From assembly GCA_040752415.1 (NCBI GenBank), contig JBFMGU010000301.1, forward strand, positions 1 to 12,263: a stretch of 12,263 nucleotides of DNA, written 5' to 3'. Positions 7,459-12,263 of this stretch are shown one piece after another. Source of the DNA: Myxococcota bacterium (GTDB taxonomy: Bacteria; Myxococcota; JACRCW01). Within the stretch, counting starts at the first letter, position 1. Each line of letters starts with the position of its first letter. The notes under the pieces are model-generated. The model saw nothing but the letters and a program-made list of their open reading frames with translations, was not told where the DNA came from and made no database searches. A program made the position numbers and the translations under genes.

Positions 7459-8997
7459 ATGACCACGCACCCTGTCCTCCTCGACGGGGGCTCGCTCACC
7501 CTCGAAGCCCTTGAGTCCATTGCCCGCCACCGTGCCCCGGTGGACATCCATCCCACGGCGCGGGAGCGCATGGCGCGGAGTCGCGCGTTCGTCGAGAGCG
7601 TGGCGTCGTCGGGGAAGCCCACGTACGGCGTGAACACGGGCTTTGGCGCGTTGGCGGAAGTGCCCATCCCGCCGCACGACCTGCTCAAGCTGCAGCGCAA
7701 CCTGATTGTGAGCCACGCGGTGGGCGTGGGTGAGCCGCTCCCGTTCCCCGTCGGGCGGGCCATGATGGTGCTGCGCGCCAACGTGTTGTGCACCGGTCGC
7801 GCGGGCGTGCGCCCGGTGGTGGCGGACGCGCTCATCAAGCTGCTGAACACCGGCGCCGCTCCCTGCGTGCCCGCCAAGGGCAGCGTGGGGGCCTCCGGTG
7901 ACCTGGCGCCGTTGGCGCACCTGGCGCTGATGCTGATGGGTGAAGGCGACGCATTCGTCGACGAGGGCCCATCGGGCGTGGTGCGCGTGACGGCGGCGGA
8001 GGCGCTTGCTCGCGCGGGGCTGAGCCCCCTGGTGTTCCAGGCCAAGGAGGGCCTCGCGCTGGTGAATGGGACGCAGGCCATGGGCGCGGTGGGATCGCTG
8101 GCGCTGTTGGAGGCGGAGCGCCTGTGCGAGCTGGCCGACGTCGCTGGCGCATGCACGGTGGAAGCGCAGATGGGCAGCCACCGTCCCTTCGAGGCGCGCA
8201 TCCACACGGCACGACCGCACCCGGGTCAAATCCAGAGCGCCGCCCACATCCGCTCCCTCCTCGAGGGAAGCGAGATTGCGCCCTCGCACGCCCATTGCGC
8301 CAAGGTGCAGGACGCGTACTCCCTGCGCTGCATGCCGCAGGTTCACGGCGCCACGCGGGATGCGCTGGCCTACGTGCGTCGGACGCTGGAGATCGAGGTC
8401 AACAGCGCCACGGACAACCCGCTGGTCTTCGAGGAGCAGGGTGACCTCGTCAGCGGCGGCAACTTCCACGGTCAGCCGTTGGCATTGGCGCTGGACATGC
8501 TGGCCATTGCCGTGGCGGAGCTGGCGAACATCAGTGAGCGTCGGATGGAGCAGCTGCTGAACCCGACGCTGAGCGGCCTCCCGCCGTTCCTGGCCTCACA
8601 CTCCGGCCTCAACAGCGGCTTCATGATCTGCCAGGTGACGGCGGGCGCGCTGGTGAACGAGAACAAGGTGCTGTGCCATCCCGCGTCGGTGGACAGCATC
8701 CCGTCCAGCGCCAACCGCGAGGACCACGTGAGCATGGGGATGACCAGCGCCAACAAGGCCACGCAGGTGGTGGAGAACGTGCGCCGTGTGCTGGGCATCG
8801 AGCTGATGATTGCCGCGCAGGCGCTGGACGCCCGTCGACCGTTGAAGGCGGGTGCCGGCGTGGAGCGCGTCTACGCGGCCATCCGCAAGCGCATCCCGCA
8901 CCTGGAAGAGGACCGCGTCCTGATGAAGGACCTCGCCGTCATCGACGACCTCGTGCGCAGCGGCACCATCCTCGCCGCCGCCCACGCCCGCGCGTAG
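7459..8997 (+). CDS. hutH: Histidine ammonia-lyase (histidase), 512 aa
   Basis: MIO-forming [14 protein letters not shown], plus [32 protein letters not shown] and [11 protein letters not shown]-type specificity residues are present: Ser-His in LIVSHA and Glu in NREDHVSM. Confidence 0.96.
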   Translation: MTTHPVLLDGGSLTLEALESIARHRAPVDIHPTARERMARSRAFVESVASSGKPTYGVNTGFGALAEVPIPPHDLLKLQRNLIVSHAVGVGEPLPFPVGRAMMVLRANVLCTGRAGVRPVVADALIKLLNTGAAPCVPAKGSVGASGDLAPLAHLALMLMGEGDAFVDEGPSGVVRVTAAEALARAGLSPLVFQAKEGLALVNGTQAMGAVGSLALLEAERLCELADVAGACTVEAQMGSHRPFEARIHTARPHPGQIQSAAHIRSLLEGSEIAPSHAHCAKVQDAYSLRCMPQVHGATRDALAYVRRTLEIEVNSATDNPLVFEEQGDLVSGGNFHGQPLALALDMLAIAVAELANISERRMEQLLNPTLSGLPPFLASHSGLNSGFMICQVTAGALVNENKVLCHPASVDSIPSSANREDHVSMGMTSANKATQVVENVRRVLGIELMIAAQALDARRPLKAGAGVERVYAAIRKRIPHLEEDRVLMKDLAVIDDLVRSGTILAAAHARA

Positions 8998-9029
8998 GCA
9001 GATAGACCGCCCAGAAGTTCATTCAATTG

Positions 9030-9266
9030 CGGAGAAGGCCTGGTTGAGCAGGGACCGCCCGAGTCAAAGCGGTAATTCTGACCGCACTCCCAGAGGTGCG
9101 GGCGCCGCTCGGACCACTTCCGTCGGAGCCCGCACCGGAAAAACACGTCGGGAACGCAGCGTGCCGGCCGCTCCGCCCAACGCGACACGCGCAGCCGGCA
9201 CTCTGGGAGTGCGGTCAGGATTACCGCTTTGACTCGGGCGCACCCGGCTCAACTGGTGCTTCTCCG
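9030..9266. repeat. Long inverted repeat: inverted doublet of REP-like elements (REPIN/MITE-like)
   Basis: Arms 9056-9095 and 9201-9240 are reverse complements with 1 mismatch in 40 bp. They extend to 9030-9095 / 9201-9266 with 8 mismatches in 66 bp. Each arm holds GGAG-T-GCGGT-N7-ACCGC-TTTG (9065-9090 on -, 9206-9231 on +). Confidence 0.88.
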
Positions 9267-9335
9267 AATGTAAAGAGACTCTTGGCAACGTGCTCAGTCG
9301 ACATCGCCACCGGAGCGCGCGCGCCACCGCGCAGG

Positions 9336-10049
9336 TCACTCGCCCAGGTACGCCTTCCTGATCTCGGGATTCCCCAGCAGCTCCCCCGCGGGCCCCTCCA
9401 TCACCACGCTCCCGGTTTCCAGCACGTACCCGCGGTGCGCCACCTTCAACGCCTGGTGCGCGTTCTGCTCGACGAGGAGGATCGCCGTTCCCCCCGCGTT
9501 GATCTCCTTGACGATGTTGAAGATCAACTCCACCACCTGCGGCGCCAATCCCAGCGACGGCTCATCCAGCAGCAGCAAGCGCGGCCGGATCATGAGCGCA
9601 CGCGCCACGGCAAGCATCTGCTGCTCTCCACCGCTGAGCGTGCCCGCCGCCTGCTTCTGTCGCTCGCGCAGTCGGGGGAAGAGCTTGAACGCACGCTCCT
9701 TGTCTTGCTCGATCCCGTCGCGGTCATGGCGCAGGTACGCCCCCAGCTCCAGGTTCTCGACGACAGAAAGGTTCGCGAAGATTCCACGCCCCTCCGGCGC
9801 ATGGGCCATCCCTCGAGCCACCAGCTGGTGCGCGCGCGTGCCGGTGATGTCCTGCCCGTCGAAGGTGACCTTCCCCTTGGACGGCGCCACCAGGCCGCTG
9901 ATGGCGCGCAGTGTGGTGCTCTTCCCCGCGCCATTGGCGCCAATGAGGGTGACCACCTCTCCCGTTCCCACGCGCAGCGTGACGCCCTTGAGCGCGTGGA
10001 TGGCGCCGTAGTGGACGTTGACGTCGTTCAGCTCCAGCAGGTTGCTCAC
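9336..10049 (-). CDS. livF: Branched-chain amino acid ABC transporter ATP-binding protein LivF, 237 aa
   Basis: Walker A GANGAGKST, APEGRGIF, signature LSGGEQQ, Walker B LLLLDEPSLGLAP, LLVEQN and C-terminal AYLG. The GTG start overlaps the livG stop (GTGA). Confidence 0.95.
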   Translation of the reverse strand: MSNLLELNDVNVHYGAIHALKGVTLRVGTGEVVTLIGANGAGKSTTLRAISGLVAPSKGKVTFDGQDITGTRAHQLVARGMAHAPEGRGIFANLSVVENLELGAYLRHDRDGIEQDKERAFKLFPRLRERQKQAAGTLSGGEQQMLAVARALMIRPRLLLLDEPSLGLAPQVVELIFNIVKEINAGGTAILLVEQNAHQALKVAHRGYVLETGSVVMEGPAGELLGNPEIRKAYLGE

Positions 10050-10888
10050 GACGCGCCCCCCGCCACTTCCGGGTGCTCCGCCAGGTACGAATCTCCCAGG
10101 TACGCCTCGATGACCTTGGGATTGCGCTGGATCTCCTTGGGCACGCCGGTGGCAATCGTCTCGCCGTGGTCAAGCACGATGAGCCGCTCACTGATGCCCA
10201 TGACCAGCTTCATGTCGTGCTCGATGAGCAGGATGCCAATGCCCAGGTCGGCGCGGATCTGGCTGATGAGCTTGAGCAGCGCCATCGTCTCCTGCCCGTT
10301 CATTCCGGCGGCGGGCTCGTCCAGCAGGAGGAAGTGCGGTCCGGTGGCCAGCGCGCGCGCAATCTCCAGTCGACGCTGGTCCCCGTACGGCAGGTTCCGC
10401 GCCAGCATCCGCGCCTTGTGCAACAGGCTCACGCGCTCCAGCAGGGCCTCCGCCGCGCGCGTCTGCCGCTCCTCCTCTTCACGCGCCCGACGCGTGCTGA
10501 GCAGCACATCCAGCATGGTGGCGCGGCTGCGCAGGTGCAGGGCCGTCTTGACGTTGTCCAGGACGGTGAGGTCCTTGAACAGCCGGATGTTCTGGAAGGT
10601 GCGCGCCACGCCCAGCTTGCAGATGTTGTGCGGTTTTCCGTCGAAGCGCGTGCCGTCCAGGGACACCTCGCCCAGGGTGGGCTTGTAGACCCCGGTGAGG
10701 ATGTTGAAGCACGTGGTCTTGCCGGCGCCGTTGGGACCAATGAGGCCCACCAGCTCACCGCTGCGCAGCTCCAGGTTGAAGTCGGAGACGGCGGTCAAGC
10801 CGCCAAAGCGCACGGTGACCTTGTTGGCACGGAGCGCGTGGCTCCCCCCCGTCGTGCCGGTCTCGCTCTGGCTACCTTCCGTGCCCAT
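10046..10888 (-). CDS. livG: Branched-chain amino acid ABC transporter ATP-binding protein LivG, 280 aa
   Basis: FGGLTAV, Walker A GPNGAGKTT, ARTFQNIRLF, signature LPYGDQRRLEIARALA, LLLDEPAAG, LIEHDM and VIEAYLG. Confidence 0.95.
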   Translation of the reverse strand: MGTEGSQSETGTTGGSHALRANKVTVRFGGLTAVSDFNLELRSGELVGLIGPNGAGKTTCFNILTGVYKPTLGEVSLDGTRFDGKPHNICKLGVARTFQNIRLFKDLTVLDNVKTALHLRSRATMLDVLLSTRRAREEEERQTRAAEALLERVSLLHKARMLARNLPYGDQRRLEIARALATGPHFLLLDEPAAGMNGQETMALLKLISQIRADLGIGILLIEHDMKLVMGISERLIVLDHGETIATGVPKEIQRNPKVIEAYLGDSYLAEHPEVAGGAS

Positions 10889-10916
10889 GCGCCGTCCCCA
10901 AGCCCTGTGCGCCCGC

Positions 10917-11333
10917 TCAGGCCTTCACATAGCGCGTTCCGCGACCCGCGCCCTTGACCTTGATGAGGCCCTGCTTGACCGCCTCTCGCGCGGTGGTCTG
11001 CATCTGCGGCGCGTTGAGCTTGAGCGCCTTGCGGGCCGCCTTGGGCACCACCTCACCCTGCTTGGCCACCAGCGCCGCCAGCGCCTGCACGCGCTCCGGC
11101 GTCAGCGTGGGCTTGCGCCCCGGCTTGCCCTTCCCCGCCTTGGCCTTCTTGCCACCCTTGGCCGGACGCCCCGCACCCGCGCCCTTCTTGCGTCCCGCCG
11201 GCAAGGCGCCGCCGCCGATGAGGTCACCCAGCTCCCTGTTGAGCGAGTCCTTCACCAGGTCCTTCACGCGCTCCATGGCGTCCGCGACGATGTCCTCCAC
11301 CTGCGATGCGAGATCCTTCCAGGGACGAGCCAT
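10917..11333 (-). CDS. Small basic putative DNA-binding protein (helical N-terminus, Lys/Gly/Ala/Pro-rich linker, winged-helix-like C-terminus), 138 aa
   Basis: ATG at 11333 has a GGAG RBS at 11342-11345. The C-terminus AREAVKQGLIKVKGAGRGTRY matches a recognition-helix/wing pattern. Codon usage is typical, and the gene fills the livM-livG gap on the same strand. Confidence 0.78.
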   Translation of the reverse strand: MARPWKDLASQVEDIVADAMERVKDLVKDSLNRELGDLIGGGALPAGRKKGAGAGRPAKGGKKAKAGKGKPGRKPTLTPERVQALAALVAKQGEVVPKAARKALKLNAPQMQTTAREAVKQGLIKVKGAGRGTRYVKA

Positions 11334-11411
11334 CTGTTTTGCTCCGTGTGTCGCGGCTCCGTGGACCGGTGCGGCGACGTCAAAAAGGGGGTGTGCTTGT
11401 TCGGGTCGGGC

Positions 11412-11441
11412 CTTGTAACGCACGGCGGTCCGTCGTGACAA
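11412..11441 (-). promoter_or_regulatory. Candidate internal sigma70-type promoter upstream of the small basic protein gene
   Basis: On the minus strand, TTGTCA (11441-11436) - 18 bp - TACAAG (11417-11412) lies directly after the livM stop within a 108-bp intergenic gap. These match the consensus at 5/6 and 4/6. Confidence 0.3.
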
Positions 11442-12263
11442 TCACTGCGCGGCCTTGAGTGCTCGACGAGCCTGCCACTGCCGCAGCACCTCCCACGCCT
11501 CCTGCTTTCCGAACAATCCCGACGGGCGCGAGAGCATCAGCACCACCAGCAGCGCGGAGTAGATCACCATGCGCAGGTCCTGGCTGAGCGCGTAGATGAG
11601 CGGGTCCAGCACGGCGCGCACGGCCGGCGGATAGGAGGCCAGGTCCAGGCGGCTGAACGCGTCGACGGCAATGCCCTGCACGCCGCGCAGCCCCTCGGGG
11701 AGCAGTGTGAGCAGCACCGCGGCAATGACGGAGCCGGAGATGGAGCCCATGCCGCCCAGCACCACCATGACCACCACCTCGGTGCTCTTCAGGTAGGTGA
11801 AGCTCTTGGGGTTCAGGTAGCCCTGGCTGTGCGCAAACAGCGCGCCCGCCATCCCAGCCAGGAGGCTGCTGCTCACGAAGGCGCGGACCTTGTAGCCGGT
11901 GGTGTTGACGCCCATGGCCTCGGCCGCCACCTCGTCCTCGCGCACGGACAGGAACGCGCGACCATGCGTGGACTCATGCAGCCGCCCGGCGAGCAGGATG
12001 GTCACCAGCACCATGGCGAACACCCAGCCGAATGCCACACGCGTGGGGATGTTGGAGAACCCCGCGGCGCCGCCCACCGCGGGCGTGTTCTCGATGAGCA
12101 CGCGGATGATCTCGTTGAAGCCCAGTGTGACAATGGCCAGGTAGTCGCCGCGCAGACGCAAGGACGGCAGCCCGACGAGGAACCCCACCGCCCCCGCCAC
12201 CACGCCTCCCACCACCATGGCGATGACGAAGACGACCTGGTCGCTGATGGCGCTGGGAAGGCC
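11442..12263 (-). CDS. livM: Branched-chain amino acid ABC transporter permease LivM (5' end outside window)
   Basis: LRLRGDYLAIVTLGFNEII, GRAFLSVREDEVAAEAMGVN, MVVLGGMGSISG and RPSGLFG. The reading frame stays open to the window edge. Confidence 0.93.
   Translation of the reverse strand, partial: GLPSAISDQVVFVIAMVVGGVVAGAVGFLVGLPSLRLRGDYLAIVTLGFNEIIRVLIENTPAVGGAAGFSNIPTRVAFGWVFAMVLVTILLAGRLHESTHGRAFLSVREDEVAAEAMGVNTTGYKVRAFVSSSLLAGMAGALFAHSQGYLNPKSFTYLKSTEVVVMVVLGGMGSISGSVIAAVLLTLLPEGLRGVQGIAVDAFSRLDLASYPPAVRAVLDPLIYALSQDLRMVIYSALLVVLMLSRPSGLFGKQEAWEVLRQWQARRALKAAQ

Noticed and set aside
6730..8469. 579-aa - strand ORF
   Set aside because: Antisense shadow of the Cys-rich lipoprotein and hutH.
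7459..8997. Phenylalanine/tyrosine ammonia-lyase or aminomutase of a biosynthetic cluster
   Set aside because: The Ser-His and Glu specificity residues are histidase-type, and no NRPS/PKS genes are in the window.
9030..9266. CRISPR array or complete IS element
   Set aside because: Only two copies, inverted rather than direct; no cas or transposase gene and no clear target-site duplication.
8871..10688. ORFs sharing peptides LWECGQxYRFDSG or PSQSGNxDRTPR (8871-9188, 9044-9232, 9064-9339, 9096-10688)
   Set aside because: The shared peptides are just translations of the two inverted-repeat arms. The 530-aa ORF is otherwise antisense to livF and livG.

Overview
GC-rich bacterial DNA. Lipoproteins with DAG/DGG-type low-complexity linkers and a Cys-rich lipoprotein suggest Myxococcota or a related deltaproteobacterium (inference). 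There are 12 credible genes. In order: a glycerophosphodiester phosphodiesterase lipoprotein (-); a + strand run of a membrane-anchored TPR-like protein, type I L-asparaginase and an Ig-fold-like lipoprotein; a 973-aa membrane/spermidine-synthase-like fusion with a small membrane partner (-); a 25-Cys lipoprotein followed by histidine ammonia-lyase hutH (+); and the 3' part of a liv-type ABC operon (livM, livG, livF; -). The liv operon is interrupted by a small, very basic, winged-helix-like protein that looks like a nucleoid-associated protein. Two intergenic regions are highly structured. Bases 61-150 form a potential intrastrand-triplex motif with a competing hairpin. Bases 9030-9266 form an inverted REP-like doublet with about 66-bp arms and two inner hairpins that differ by a compensatory base pair. 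No rRNA, tRNA, CRISPR array or transposase was seen.
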